From Actinomycetes bacterium (GTDB taxonomy: Bacteria; Actinomycetota; Acidimicrobiia; Acidimicrobiales; JABEUL01): a stretch of 64,000 bases of DNA. Shown here piece after piece: positions 39,740 through 50,141 of the stretch. The stretch covers positions 29,070-93,069 of the forward strand of contig JAJZNL010000055.1 in assembly GCA_021852345.1 (NCBI GenBank), in the 5' to 3' direction. Position numbers and translations under genes: made by a program. The notes beneath the pieces were generated by a model that was given only the letters and a program-made list of their open reading frames with translations, was not told where the DNA came from and searched no databases. Numbering within the stretch: the first letter of the stretch is position 1; every line of letters begins with the position of its first letter.

Positions 39740-41124
39740 TCGTCATCACCTGCACCTTCGGACTCATTTGAATCAGGATCTAAATGAGTCGAAGAGACTA
39801 CAAAAGATTCCGAATTATCTTCATCGTTTCCGTAATCTGATTCATCTTCGTCAATACCTGGCAATTGGATAATTCTACCTCCCACTACATCCTCAAGGCT
39901 GACATTAAGCCGACCTTCGTTGGAAGTCGCAAGCTTGAGACTCTCTTTGGACAGTGTTCTTTGGTTCCCTACCTGTACTGTACGCTTCAAGAATAAACCG
40001 GAAAATATGCACAAAACGACGATGACTCCAAAAGCTATCAATATCTGAGTGTCTGTAGTCGGCAACCTCAATGCTACGACTATCAAAAGCCATCCAAGTG
40101 AAATGGGAATTAAAAACTTCCATCCCAAATCCATTAACTGATCGTACCGCAACCGAGGAAGAGCGGCTCTGACCCAAACATAACAAAACAAAAATATCAA
40201 AGTCTTACCGACAAACCAAAGTATCGGCCACAGCCAGGTCAAAAAATGGAATCCAGGTCCGTCTGGACCCCCTAAAAACAATGTAACAGCGATAGCGGAC
40301 ATCGTGATAGTGTTCATAAACTCCGCCAAGTAAAACAGGGCAAACCTAATGGACGAATATTCGGTGTTAAATCCACCAACAAGCTCCTGCTCTGCTTCCA
40401 CAAAGTCAAACGGAGGCCTGTTGGTTTCGGCGGTGATTGCAATCATAAATATCACAAACGGTATTATTCCGACTTCAAACAAATTCCAATGAAGAAATGA
40501 AGTAGCTTGAGCATTTACGATTGACCTTGTCGACAAGAAGTTGACGTTTGGATTTGTAAGTGCGCTCACCAAAACGGCAGTAGCGACGGAGAGACTAATT
40601 GCGGCTTCATATGAAATCATTTGAGCCGACGCCCTTACCGAACCAATCAGCGGATATTTGGAACCTGACGACCATCCAGCCAGCATTACGCCGTATACTG
40701 CAATTGAAGAAAGTGCAAGTACCAATAAAATTCCAATTGGAGGGTCGGCAACCTGAAGTTCAAACGTATGTTTTAATATGGTTATATTTCCGCCCACTGG
40801 GATAACGGCGAAAGTAAGAAATGCTGGAACGGTAGCCAAATAAGGTGCGAGTTTGAATACAAATCTATCCGAACGTTCAGGAACCAAATCTTCCTTAAAA
40901 AACAACTTAATTCCATCAGCCAATGACTGCAAAAGGCCGTAGGGTCCTGCTCGGTTGGGTCCGATTCTGTTTTGCATGTCCGAAATGACCTTACGTTCAA
41001 ACCAAATCATTAACATTACAGAAACAAGTAAAGCAATGAAGGCAACCAACACCCTAACTATGGCAATTATGACCACGCCAATGGTTATATGTCCCAAAAA
41101 TAGCGGATCTGTTCCAAAAATCAT
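39736..41124 (-). CDS. nuoH: NADH-quinone oxidoreductase subunit H with an acidic C-terminal tail
   Basis: ERKVISDMQNRIGPNR signature. The last ~70 aa are hydrophilic and acidic (DEDESDYGNDEDNSE...SEGAGDDE). Confidence 0.93.
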   Translation of the reverse strand: MIFGTDPLFLGHITIGVVIIAIVRVLVAFIALLVSVMLMIWFERKVISDMQNRIGPNRAGPYGLLQSLADGIKLFFKEDLVPERSDRFVFKLAPYLATVPAFLTFAVIPVGGNITILKHTFELQVADPPIGILLVLALSSIAVYGVMLAGWSSGSKYPLIGSVRASAQMISYEAAISLSVATAVLVSALTNPNVNFLSTRSIVNAQATSFLHWNLFEVGIIPFVIFMIAITAETNRPPFDFVEAEQELVGGFNTEYSSIRFALFYLAEFMNTITMSAIAVTLFLGGPDGPGFHFLTWLWPILWFVGKTLIFLFCYVWVRAALPRLRYDQLMDLGWKFLIPISLGWLLIVVALRLPTTDTQILIAFGVIVVLCIFSGLFLKRTVQVGNQRTLSKESLKLATSNEGRLNVSLEDVVGGRIIQLPGIDEDESDYGNDEDNSESFVVSSTHLDPDSNESEGAGDDE

Positions 41125-43835
41125 TTTTTAACCTCTACCAGTAAACCGTTAGAACCGTAAAGCACTTTAGATGCATCGAGTTTCTTAACAATTACCGTAT
41201 TTTCGGCAACTCCCGAATCTACGACTACATCAAATTCTGCTTCGGCTGACCCCAGCTTCAACTTGATCGAATCTCCGGCGTGACATCCCACGCTATTTGC
41301 CAGTGAAGGCGATATCTTGGCTACGTTATCAGTTTTAATTTCAGACAAAGTAGCGGCACTCTTTATTAACGTACCGTCGTCCATCAAAGATTCGACTACT
41401 ACCATTTCACAAATATTTCGATCTTGATCGGCTGGCCTAGATTTGCTATTCTTGTCGTCGCCACTTGTACCGCTCGATACCGCAGATTTTGACTCCAAAG
41501 TAATCTCTTTAAATTCGTCGACCAACCTAAAATAGGACATCGAAACCGATCCAACTTTGAAGGTGTTCTCATCGGAATATTCAGAAGGTATTACCGCACC
41601 CGCATAAAGAGGTGTACCTTGATGGTTGGTTGATGCTATGCCGGGAACCTCAATTGGATCGTGAGGCCGTCTTTCAATTGACACTGGTTTTGAACCCATA
41701 GGTACAACCACTCCAGATTCACCCAACACATTTAGACCCTTTGAAAATCCGAAGTAAGCCGGGGCAACCTGAGATATCTCGGCTTGAATCTCTTCAAGGG
41801 ACTCAAAACCCATATCTTCTCCCATGGAATCGGCAATTTGAACAGCAATTGCCCAATCGTCAACTGCCAGTGAGGGACCCGTAACCTTACTTGCAATCTT
41901 TGAAACCCTACCCTCCATATTTGTAAAAGTTCCACTCCGTTCTGCATCATACAAAGCTGGCAATACGCAGGTCGCCTTTGCATTTGTGGAATTGATATGG
42001 GTATCTATACAGATTAAATTTTTAACGTTGGCAACAGCTTTTTCTGCAAGTTCAAGATCATAAAAATCTGTCAGTATATCGGTTCCGATTAAAACCAAAG
42101 TGTCTAGTTTAGAAGCCGCAGCCATTTCAAGTAAATTCGTTGCGTCCACACCGACTTTTGTTGGTAATTTTTCCCATCCAACTTCTTTGAGCAATTTGGC
42201 AGAACTCAAAACTGACCGTCCGGGAAGTAGATTGGGATACATGCCCATATCTAATACTCCCATAGCATTCGGCTTGGACAAGACCGGTAAGAACCGAACC
42301 GTAACTGGCGAGAAGAAGGTGGCTAATTTACTTAATGCAGCTTCTAGATTATCCAGAGGCCTATTGGCGTCAATACTTGAATACACGATTGCAACTGAGA
42401 CATTTGCATCAGCTGTCTGCGCAACTGACTTTAAAAGTTCGGCGGCTAAAGTTATTTGCTTATCGTCACTCCCATTCCCGCCGTTTAACAGGCTGGAAAT
42501 TACCTCGCTAAAATTAGAAAAGTTAATGTTAACATGAGTTGCGTATTCGCTAAGTGGGGTTGAATAGGGTCCCACTTCGACCAATTTTGAATCTCTTTTT
42601 AGAATTGCATCCCTTATCCTTAAGAACAAAATAGGAGCTGTCTCTTTCAAATTAGAGCCGATCGTAATGATTAAGTCGGATTCGGCAACTTCGTTTATAG
42701 TCGCAGTTTTAAGACCGTAAAGGGAATTAACCGATCCCAAGTTAAACGGAGCTGCATCCACGTTGTCGGTTCCGATCAACCCCTTAAACAGTTTGGTATA
42801 AGCATAGGCTGATTCATTTGTCAACCTGCTACCGCCTATGATTCCGATCTTATCGGCACCCTTCAATTGGTGTTCGGCAAATACTTCGGCGACTTTTTCA
42901 ATGGCCTGAGGCCATGAAACATCTTGTAGATTCCCGGAAATTGGCATCATGGGGGCCTGAAGCCTGTTGGCTGAATATATAGACTCAAATCCAAATCTGC
43001 CTCGATCGCACAACCATGATTGATTTATTTCGTCCACGTCGATACCTAGATATCGTACAACTTGATTGGCCGATGATTGGGCGGCGACTCTGCATCCTAC
43101 TGAGCAGGAGGTACAAGTACTTTCTACCTGCTCTAAATCCCACGGGCGCGATTTAAATCTGTACGGCTTAGCCGTCAGTGCGCCAACTGGGCAGATCTGT
43201 ACTGTGTTGCCTGAAAAATAGGAGTCAAATGGCTGGCTTGGGAAAATAGCCACTTCGGTTCTGTCACCTCGGCCCAAAAAGTCTATCTCTGCCTCACCGG
43301 CAATCTCTTCGGAGAACCTAGTACAGCGCGAACACTGTATGCAGCGCTCCCGATCCAATTCAACTAACTGCGATATGGCAATCGGTTTGGCAAAATGTCT
43401 CTTTTCCTCTATGAAGCGTGATTCTCCAGGACCATATGCCACGGTTTGATCTTGGAGGGGACATTCACCACCTTTGTCGCAGACGGGACAATCTAAAGGG
43501 TGGTTTATCAGAAGATATTCCAAAACACCGTTTTGGGCCTTCTTTACCGCTTCGCTTTGAGTATTCACTACCATTCCGTTGTCGGCGGGTACATAACATG
43601 AAGGCTGCAGTGTCGGCCCCCTAGGAGAATCAACTTCCACAAGGCACATCCTACAAACACCCACTGGTTCCATTCTTGGATGGTAACAGAACCGGGGAAC
43701 AAACTTACCAGCTTTAGCTGCCGCTTCTATAAGCAACTCGCCTTTGTTGACGACAACTTCAATGCCATCTATTGTAAGTTTGACCTTGGACGGATCCAGC
43801 TCAACTTTATCTTCGGTCTGATCACTACTTGTCAA
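41121..43835 (-). CDS. nuoG: NADH-quinone oxidoreductase subunit G
   Basis: N-terminal 2Fe-2S/4Fe-4S motifs (CYHPRMEPVGVCRMCLVEV, CPVCDKGGEC, CIQCSRCTRF). 904 aa. TTG start. Confidence 0.93.
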   Translation of the reverse strand: MTSSDQTEDKVELDPSKVKLTIDGIEVVVNKGELLIEAAAKAGKFVPRFCYHPRMEPVGVCRMCLVEVDSPRGPTLQPSCYVPADNGMVVNTQSEAVKKAQNGVLEYLLINHPLDCPVCDKGGECPLQDQTVAYGPGESRFIEEKRHFAKPIAISQLVELDRERCIQCSRCTRFSEEIAGEAEIDFLGRGDRTEVAIFPSQPFDSYFSGNTVQICPVGALTAKPYRFKSRPWDLEQVESTCTSCSVGCRVAAQSSANQVVRYLGIDVDEINQSWLCDRGRFGFESIYSANRLQAPMMPISGNLQDVSWPQAIEKVAEVFAEHQLKGADKIGIIGGSRLTNESAYAYTKLFKGLIGTDNVDAAPFNLGSVNSLYGLKTATINEVAESDLIITIGSNLKETAPILFLRIRDAILKRDSKLVEVGPYSTPLSEYATHVNINFSNFSEVISSLLNGGNGSDDKQITLAAELLKSVAQTADANVSVAIVYSSIDANRPLDNLEAALSKLATFFSPVTVRFLPVLSKPNAMGVLDMGMYPNLLPGRSVLSSAKLLKEVGWEKLPTKVGVDATNLLEMAAASKLDTLVLIGTDILTDFYDLELAEKAVANVKNLICIDTHINSTNAKATCVLPALYDAERSGTFTNMEGRVSKIASKVTGPSLAVDDWAIAVQIADSMGEDMGFESLEEIQAEISQVAPAYFGFSKGLNVLGESGVVVPMGSKPVSIERRPHDPIEVPGIASTNHQGTPLYAGAVIPSEYSDENTFKVGSVSMSYFRLVDEFKEITLESKSAVSSGTSGDDKNSKSRPADQDRNICEMVVVESLMDDGTLIKSAATLSEIKTDNVAKISPSLANSVGCHAGDSIKLKLGSAEAEFDVVVDSGVAENTVIVKKLDASKVLYGSNGLLVEVKK

Positions 43836-45141
43836 AGGTACACTTTCCTTTTTCTATATGGTCAATAAAATCTTGTTTAAACATGTTAACGGCCGAAACG
43901 ATCGAAGATGGTATTGACGGACCCAAAACACAGATCGTAGTTTGTTTGGGAGGCCAACTCAGACCTGGAGCGATGTTGTCGCAAACATCCATAACCAAAT
44001 CAATATCTTCCATACGCCCATTTCCGGTTTCAATTCTATGCATTATCTTTTCGATCCACCCTGAACCTTCCCTGCAGGGTGTGCACTGACCGCAGGACTC
44101 TCTGTAAAAAAACTTTGAAATTCTCCAAGCTGCTTTCACAGGACAGGTACTTTCATTAAATACCACTACCGATCCCGATCCCAACATAGATCCTTTATTG
44201 GCAATGGCCTCTTGAGTCAACGGAAGGTCGAGATGCTCCGGACCGAACCAAGGAGCCGAAACTCCGCCGGGTATAAAAGCTTTTAAGGCAAGGTCATCTA
44301 AAATACCGCCACCATAGGACTCGTCGAAAATTAAATTCCTAAACGTGACTTTTCCCATTTCAACTTCATAGTTACCAGGTCTTTTAACTTGACCCGACAA
44401 AGCGAAAATTCTAGATCCCGCCGATGAATCCTGCCCCATCGCCGCGAATGCATCGCCTCCGTTTAATACAATCCACGGAAGGTTTGAGACAGTTTCGATA
44501 TTATTGACAACTGTAGGTTGATTGTACAATCCCATTACGGCGGGAAAATACGGAGGCTTTATTCTCGGATAACCTCTTTTACCTTCAAGACTTTGAAGCA
44601 GAGAGGTCTCTTCTCCACAAATATAAGCACCCGCTCCCGGATGAACTACTATATCAACTGAAAACCCCGAACCGAATATATCAGCCCCAACAGCTCCGTA
44701 ATCGTATGCTTCGTTTAAAGCCGCCTGCAATCTCTCAAGACCTAATGCGAATTCCCCCCGACAAAATATAAAAGCTTGATTAACGCCCAATGCGTAGGAT
44801 GCGACTACTACACCTTCTATTATTTGATGAGGATCTCTTTCAATTAAATCGTGATCTTTAAAAGTTGCTGGTTCACTCTCGTCTCCGTTAATGACAAGAT
44901 ACTTAACCCGTGCAGGTTTTAACATCGACCACTTACGTCCAGCTGGAAACCCTGCTCCTCCTCTGCCTAATAATGAAGCTTTCATGACTTCATCTGCTAC
45001 GTCTTCTGGGTTCATTTGAAGCGCTTTTTTTAGCCCCTCATAACCACCAGTAGACAAATAAGTCTCAAGCTTGTAAGCCTCTTCTATACCTAGCCTCTTA
45101 GAAACTATAGGCAGATTTTTGTTTACGATTATATCACTCAT
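43825..45141 (-). CDS. nuoF: NADH-quinone oxidoreductase subunit F
   Basis: GRGGAGFPAGRKW and ESCGQCTPCREG motifs. Confidence 0.96.
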   Translation of the reverse strand: MSDIIVNKNLPIVSKRLGIEEAYKLETYLSTGGYEGLKKALQMNPEDVADEVMKASLLGRGGAGFPAGRKWSMLKPARVKYLVINGDESEPATFKDHDLIERDPHQIIEGVVVASYALGVNQAFIFCRGEFALGLERLQAALNEAYDYGAVGADIFGSGFSVDIVVHPGAGAYICGEETSLLQSLEGKRGYPRIKPPYFPAVMGLYNQPTVVNNIETVSNLPWIVLNGGDAFAAMGQDSSAGSRIFALSGQVKRPGNYEVEMGKVTFRNLIFDESYGGGILDDLALKAFIPGGVSAPWFGPEHLDLPLTQEAIANKGSMLGSGSVVVFNESTCPVKAAWRISKFFYRESCGQCTPCREGSGWIEKIMHRIETGNGRMEDIDLVMDVCDNIAPGLSWPPKQTTICVLGPSIPSSIVSAVNMFKQDFIDHIEKGKCTFDK

Positions 45142-45168
45142 AATTTAATAACGGAATTTAAAAACGAA

Positions 45169-45795
45169 TCAATTCGATTCGGATTTCTTGGCTAGCCTTT
45201 CCTTTTTGGCGCTTTCCATAACGTCTCTTTCTGCTTGTACCTGATCGGGAGTCGCCTTTAAGCCGTAGTTTCTATCCACGCGATTCAATACTCCGTGCTC
45301 AGGTACCTCGTCTTTAAGTTTGCCCGATCTTAAGTCTTTAATTAAACGATCAAAACCCTCGTTGTCCAACGGCCCAAAGAATCGGTGATTAACCTGAACA
45401 CACGGTGCATTATTACATCCCGCTAGGCACTCTGCTTCTTCTAAAGTAAACTGTCCATCTTGCGTTGTACCACCAATGCCTACGTCCAAAGATTCTTGAG
45501 CGTGCTCAAGCAGCTCGTCTGCCCCTCGTAACATGCAGGCTATATTGGTACACATTGCTACCACATGTTTGCCAACGGGTTCAAGATGAAACATGTCATA
45601 AAAACTTGCGGTGCCCCGGACCTCTGCAGGGGTAACACCAACCAAATCCGCTATTTCCACAATGGCCTCGGGTGTCAAATACCCGTCTTGCCCCTGGGCC
45701 AAATGACACAAAGGAATAAGAGCGGACCTCTTGTTTGGATATATCTCCAACAAGATATTGGCTTTGTTAATGATCTCTTCCGATAAATGTCCCAC
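45169..45795 (-). CDS. nuoE: NADH-quinone oxidoreductase subunit E
   Basis: 2Fe-2S cysteines in AMCTNIACMLRG and CLAGCNNAPC. GTG start sharing one base with the nuoD stop. Confidence 0.92.
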   Translation of the reverse strand: MGHLSEEIINKANILLEIYPNKRSALIPLCHLAQGQDGYLTPEAIVEIADLVGVTPAEVRGTASFYDMFHLEPVGKHVVAMCTNIACMLRGADELLEHAQESLDVGIGGTTQDGQFTLEEAECLAGCNNAPCVQVNHRFFGPLDNEGFDRLIKDLRSGKLKDEVPEHGVLNRVDRNYGLKATPDQVQAERDVMESAKKERLAKKSESN

Positions 45796-47072
45796 TATCT
45801 GTCTACCTCTCCCATAACCGGGTCAACCGAAGAAATTGACGCGACTGCATCTGCCACTAAAGAACCTCTCAACAACGGCGGTAATGCCTGTAAATTAACA
45901 AACGACGGAGCCCGTACGTGCATCCTTAAAGGCCGACCAGTTCCGTCTGAGGCCAAGTAGCATCCCAACTCACCTCTAGGTGATTCAACTGCAACGTATG
46001 TTTCTCCTTCAGGAACCAAAATACCCTCGGTAAATAATTTAAAATGATGAATCAGTGCCTCCATGGACTGATCTATTCTGGCTCTGGGAGGCGGCGTTAC
46101 CTTAGAATCCTGAGCTCGGTAGTCTCCCTTGGGCATCTTGTCCAATATTTGCCTAACTATATTTGCTGATTCCCGAATTTCATTCAATCTAACTGCATAT
46201 CTGTCGAAATTATCACCGACGGTACCAACTATTACGTCAAAGTCGACCTCATCGTATGCCAAATACGGCATAGTTTTCCTAAGATCCCACGGCACACCGC
46301 TTGCCCTAAGTAAAGGACCCGTAATCGAAAGCTCAATTGCAGTTTCTGCCGACAAAGTTCCGACTCCTTCGACCCGCTCTCTGAAAATCGGCTGGCCCGT
46401 AAAAAATTCGTCATATTCGTCCAACCTAAACAAAACTGTCTTGTAAATCGATTCTACGTCCTCTTCCCAACCGTCGGGAAGGTCTGCTGCGACTCCACCA
46501 GGCCTTATGTAGTTGTGATTCATTCTCAACCCAGTAGTTTTTTCAAAAAAGGATAGGATTAGTTCACGCTCCCTAAAACCAAATATCATCATAGTGGTGG
46601 CACCGAGATCCATACCATTAGTTGCAAGCCACATTAGATGCGAAGACATTCTGTTGAGCTCGCACATTAACATTCTTATCCAGGTAGCCCTTGGTGGCAT
46701 TTCTACGGCCAACAGATCCTCGACGGCCAAACTAAATACCAACTCATTTGCTAACGGCGAAAGGTAATCCATACGAGTCACGTTAGTTGCGCCTTGCGCA
46801 TAGGTTAACTCTTCGGCGGTTTTCTCCATTCCAGTATGCAAATACCCGATAATGGGCTTGCAGCGCAAAACCGTTTCCCCCTCAAGTTCCATCATCACCC
46901 TCAACACACCGTGTGTAGAAGGATGCTGGGGTCCCATATTAACGATCATTTTCTCGCCGGAACCAAATTCAATTTCACCTAAATCATCGGCATCTAACCC
47001 GGAGGACTCAGGCAAACGCAATACCGCAGAATTGCCTATTTCTGGCTGTGCTGTTTCTCTGTCTGTCGTCAT
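45795..47072 (-). CDS. nuoD: NADH-quinone oxidoreductase subunit D
   Basis: MGPQHPSTHGVLR and GYLHTGMEK motifs of the 49 kDa subunit. Confidence 0.96.
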   Translation of the reverse strand: MTTDRETAQPEIGNSAVLRLPESSGLDADDLGEIEFGSGEKMIVNMGPQHPSTHGVLRVMMELEGETVLRCKPIIGYLHTGMEKTAEELTYAQGATNVTRMDYLSPLANELVFSLAVEDLLAVEMPPRATWIRMLMCELNRMSSHLMWLATNGMDLGATTMMIFGFRERELILSFFEKTTGLRMNHNYIRPGGVAADLPDGWEEDVESIYKTVLFRLDEYDEFFTGQPIFRERVEGVGTLSAETAIELSITGPLLRASGVPWDLRKTMPYLAYDEVDFDVIVGTVGDNFDRYAVRLNEIRESANIVRQILDKMPKGDYRAQDSKVTPPPRARIDQSMEALIHHFKLFTEGILVPEGETYVAVESPRGELGCYLASDGTGRPLRMHVRAPSFVNLQALPPLLRGSLVADAVASISSVDPVMGEVDR

Positions 47073-47581
47073 CTTGGACCTAACGTTTCTTTAAATTGAA
47101 CCGGGACGCGACCTGTAGAATAGTCTTTTCGGAGAGGATGTCCTTCCCAACCTTCGGGTAACAATATTCGCGTAAGATCTGGGTGTCCTTTAAATATAAT
47201 TCCCAACATATCAAACGCTTCGCGTTCCATATTCTCTACGCCGGGATAGACATCGACGATTGTGGGTATCGTAGGATTTGATTCAGGTATCATCGCCCTA
47301 ACCCTTATACGCTCTTTTCTACCGTGAGACAATAAGTTTAAAACGACTTCAAATCTTTCTGGAGAGATTGCATCAGGTAGCTTGCGATTAATATTAGTAA
47401 GATAGTCCACCGCACACAGATCGGAAGCAAAATTAAATCCGTCATTAAACAGGTGCTCGACCAATTTGTGATAGTTGCTTACATCCGAAAATACCACCTT
47501 TTGACCCGAAGGAGTCTTTTGAACGGGCAATCCCATAATCGTCTGGTCCGTTGCAGTTTCGTTTGGCTTTGATTCGGTCAC
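47069..47581 (-). CDS. nuoC: NADH-quinone oxidoreductase subunit C
   Basis: [23 protein letters not shown] motif of the 30 kDa subunit. Confidence 0.93.
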   Translation of the reverse strand: MTESKPNETATDQTIMGLPVQKTPSGQKVVFSDVSNYHKLVEHLFNDGFNFASDLCAVDYLTNINRKLPDAISPERFEVVLNLLSHGRKERIRVRAMIPESNPTIPTIVDVYPGVENMEREAFDMLGIIFKGHPDLTRILLPEGWEGHPLRKDYSTGRVPVQFKETLGPR

Positions 47582-48156
47582 TTCGGCCTTCCCACATAAG
47601 TTGGTTTGATGGCAACGTCGGTTCTTACAAAAGACTTGTTAGCTTCATCCAAGTGAATCTGTGCGCCTACTCCACTTTCCCTGCGCCTCTTGGTAATTTC
47701 ACCTTCTTTTATTTTTTGGTGAAGGGTCAAAATTGCATGTAAGAGTGTCTGTGGACCAGGCGGACAACCAGGAGCGTATACATCCACGGGTACAATTTGA
47801 TCAACTCCCTGCAAAATTGCATAGTTATTGAACATTCCGCCGCTGCTTGCACAAACCCCCATAGAAATTACCCATTTGGGTTCCATCATTTGATCGTACA
47901 CCTGCCTTAAAACTGGTGCCATTTTTTGAGAAACCCGACCTGCCACTATCATTAAGTCGGCCTGTCTTGGAGATGCTCTGAAAACTTCCATACCAAATCG
48001 CGAAATGTCAAAATCCGCTGCACCAGCAGCCATCATTTCAATTGCACAACAAGCCAAACCGAATGTTGCGGGCCAAACGCTTTGCTTTCTTGCCCACTTG
48101 ACCAATTCTTCAATTTGACCGGTCAAAAAATTATACTGAAGTGATTCAAGACCCAT
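47578..48156 (-). CDS. nuoB: NADH-quinone oxidoreductase subunit B
   Basis: [10 protein letters not shown] and GCPPGP motifs. Start set to ATG at 48156 (MGLESLQ), 7 nt after the nuoA stop. The track ORF extension to 48339 overlaps nuoA and is rejected. Confidence 0.93.
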   Translation of the reverse strand: MGLESLQYNFLTGQIEELVKWARKQSVWPATFGLACCAIEMMAAGAADFDISRFGMEVFRASPRQADLMIVAGRVSQKMAPVLRQVYDQMMEPKWVISMGVCASSGGMFNNYAILQGVDQIVPVDVYAPGCPPGPQTLLHAILTLHQKIKEGEITKRRRESGVGAQIHLDEANKSFVRTDVAIKPTYVGRPK

Positions 48157-48163
48157 TCTTATC

Positions 48164-48664
48164 CTATGCCGCGCTTCCGTTGTTAATCTCTTCGGATTCC
48201 CTTGATATCTGTCTTCCTTCACTATCAAAGGTAATCTTTTGAACTGTCGATTGTGTAGTTCTTTGTGAATTGGAAGTCTGGGGTACCATCTTCTTAACCG
48301 GACCCCAATCAAGAGCACCGTGAGAAAGCAAGTAACCAAATGGTATGACTATCGCAAGCGCAAAAACTGAAATCTCCACCACTCCGAACAGGGCGAGTTG
48401 TCTGGCTACCAATGCGAATGGGAATAGGAAAATAACTTCGATGTCAAATACTATGAATATCATCGCCACCAAATAAAATCTAACCGGGAATCTTTCGGCC
48501 GGCTCATGCGTAGGTAGGATTCCGCATTCATACGGTGCTAATTTTGCCTCTGTTTTTCTTTTGGGAGCCAACAAGCCCGAAGCGATAAAAGATAAAGCGG
48601 CAAATAGCAACGCAAGGATTGCATAAATTAAAATTGGCAAATAATTAATCATAATTCCTAACAA
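48164..48664 (-). CDS. nuoA: NADH-quinone oxidoreductase subunit A
   Basis: APYECGI motif and three TM helices. About 40 aa hydrophilic C-terminal extension. The start may be ATG at 48652 rather than TTG at 48664. Confidence 0.9.
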   Translation of the reverse strand: MLGIMINYLPILIYAILALLFAALSFIASGLLAPKRKTEAKLAPYECGILPTHEPAERFPVRFYLVAMIFIVFDIEVIFLFPFALVARQLALFGVVEISVFALAIVIPFGYLLSHGALDWGPVKKMVPQTSNSQRTTQSTVQKITFDSEGRQISRESEEINNGSAA

Positions 48665-48873
48665 ATATCCTCAATAAGATTTTAGGGTAATTTTTCAATC
48701 ACATTTAAAGATAATGCGATTAATGCAAAATCACTTTACAAGTTAAACAAAAATATGCCAAAAATGGGTAGGAGGGCAAATAAGTCGTTATTATAGAAAT
48801 TGATTCTACATTTACTTAAATTCTAAACGAATTGAAACACCTAATTCAACTCATTAATGAAAAATTACAAATT

Positions 48874-48896
48874 TTGCATTTATTTTATAAATGCAA
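48874..48896 (+). promoter_or_regulatory. AT-rich hairpin TTGCATTTAT-ttt-ATAAATGCAA followed by a T8 run, in the nuoA/hemB divergent spacer
   Basis: 10 bp perfect arms. The T8 run starts 5 nt after the stem. Terminator or attenuator-like in shape, but function is unknown. Confidence 0.25.
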
Positions 48897-48983
48897 GTAA
48901 CTTTTTTTTGAGCAAATTGTCGCAATTGAAGTTGGGTAATCAAAAAGTACTGTTCCTTAAAATATTTGAACTAAAGTAAAAAT

Positions 48984-49982
48984 ATGAATTCGAAAGCAGA
49001 ATCTAATCTGGATTCCGTAAGGCCAAGGAGGCTCAGAAGAACCCCTGCAATTAGGTCATTGCTAAGCAAAACGTACATCCACTCGAATAATCTTATACTT
49101 CCTATCTTTATAAAAGAAGGTTTAAAGAACAAGACCCCAATACCGTCAATGCCAGGAGTCTTTCAACACAACACTAAATCCGCAGAAAAATTGATTGAAG
49201 ATGCCCTTGAAGTCGGCATTTTTAGTTTCGCTCTTTTCGGCATACCCGACAAAAAAGACCTTGAGGGCAAAAACGCAATTGACCCAAATGGAGTTCTTCA
49301 AAGTTCAGTATCGTCAATTAAAGACAAATTTCAGGATGCAGTTACGGTTATCCCAGACCTCTGTTTGGATGAATTCTTAATTCACGGTCATTGCGGTGTC
49401 TTAAATTCTAAAAATCAGGTAGACAACGATGCGACGGTAGCAATATATGCAGAGATGGCAGTATCATTAGCCGAAGCTGGGGCCGACATGGTCGCCCCTT
49501 CGGGAATGATGGACGGACAGGTCAAAGCAATCAGACAAGCGTTAGACGAAAACGGACATTCGGACTGCTCCATATTATCGTATTCAGTTAAGTTTGCTTC
49601 AAGTGCTTACGGTCCTTTCCGCGATGCCGTTGAGGTGAATCTAACAGGAGACAGAAAGACATATCAACAGGACATACAACGATCCTATCAAGATGCGTTG
49701 TGGGAAGCTCAGCTCGACGAAGCAGAAGGCGCCGATATTTTAATGGTTAAGCCCGCAATTTTTAATTTAGACATAATTAACAAACTCGAGGCAGCCTTCA
49801 ATCTACCAATATTTGCATATCAGGTTAGCGGTGAGTATTCGATGATAAAAACTTGTGCGGATGCTGGATATATTAACTATACGGACACAATGTACGAGAC
49901 GTTGAATTCAATTTTTCGAGCCGGTGCGACAGCCGTATTAACATACGGAGCACTGGACATAGCCAGACACCTTAACGCTTAG
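48984..49982 (+). CDS. hemB: Porphobilinogen synthase (delta-aminolevulinate dehydratase)
   Basis: RPRRLRR N-terminus, DLCLDEFLIHGHCG metal-site segment, and MVKPA Schiff-base lysine motif. Confidence 0.95.
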   Translation: MNSKAESNLDSVRPRRLRRTPAIRSLLSKTYIHSNNLILPIFIKEGLKNKTPIPSMPGVFQHNTKSAEKLIEDALEVGIFSFALFGIPDKKDLEGKNAIDPNGVLQSSVSSIKDKFQDAVTVIPDLCLDEFLIHGHCGVLNSKNQVDNDATVAIYAEMAVSLAEAGADMVAPSGMMDGQVKAIRQALDENGHSDCSILSYSVKFASSAYGPFRDAVEVNLTGDRKTYQQDIQRSYQDALWEAQLDEAEGADILMVKPAIFNLDIINKLEAAFNLPIFAYQVSGEYSMIKTCADAGYINYTDTMYETLNSIFRAGATAVLTYGALDIARHLNA

Positions 49983-50141
49983 GCCCGCCCCATAAATGCG
50001 GTATCGGTAAAATGATTACATGAGCCGGTGGCAACGGTAGCTTAGCATCGGCTCTACTTAAGGTCCTGACCTTGTTAGCGACTAAACCGCTCGATTTCAA
50101 ATATTACAATCGCCATCGACTTCTCTAATAAGCTTTATACA

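Noticed and set aside
42100-42537. Long antisense or off-frame ORFs inside confident genes. Examples: 42100-42537 in nuoG, 12163-12474 and 11644-11862 in the CoxG-like gene, 8928-9284 in the GT4-PilZ gene, 46129-46446 in nuoD, 33320-33652 in nuoN, 25586-25894 in the sortase-like gene, 215-406 in the nitroreductase, and 18796-19047 in ftsB.
   Set aside because: They are shadow ORFs with low-complexity or implausible composition, fully nested in genes that have strong motif support. There is no independent RBS or motif evidence.
47578-48339. Track ORF giving NuoB a 61 aa N-terminal extension ([10 protein letters not shown]...).
   Set aside because: The extension overlaps the nuoA 3' end in another frame and looks non-native. 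The conserved NuoB sequence begins at MGLESLQ (ATG at 48156), 7 nt after the nuoA stop.
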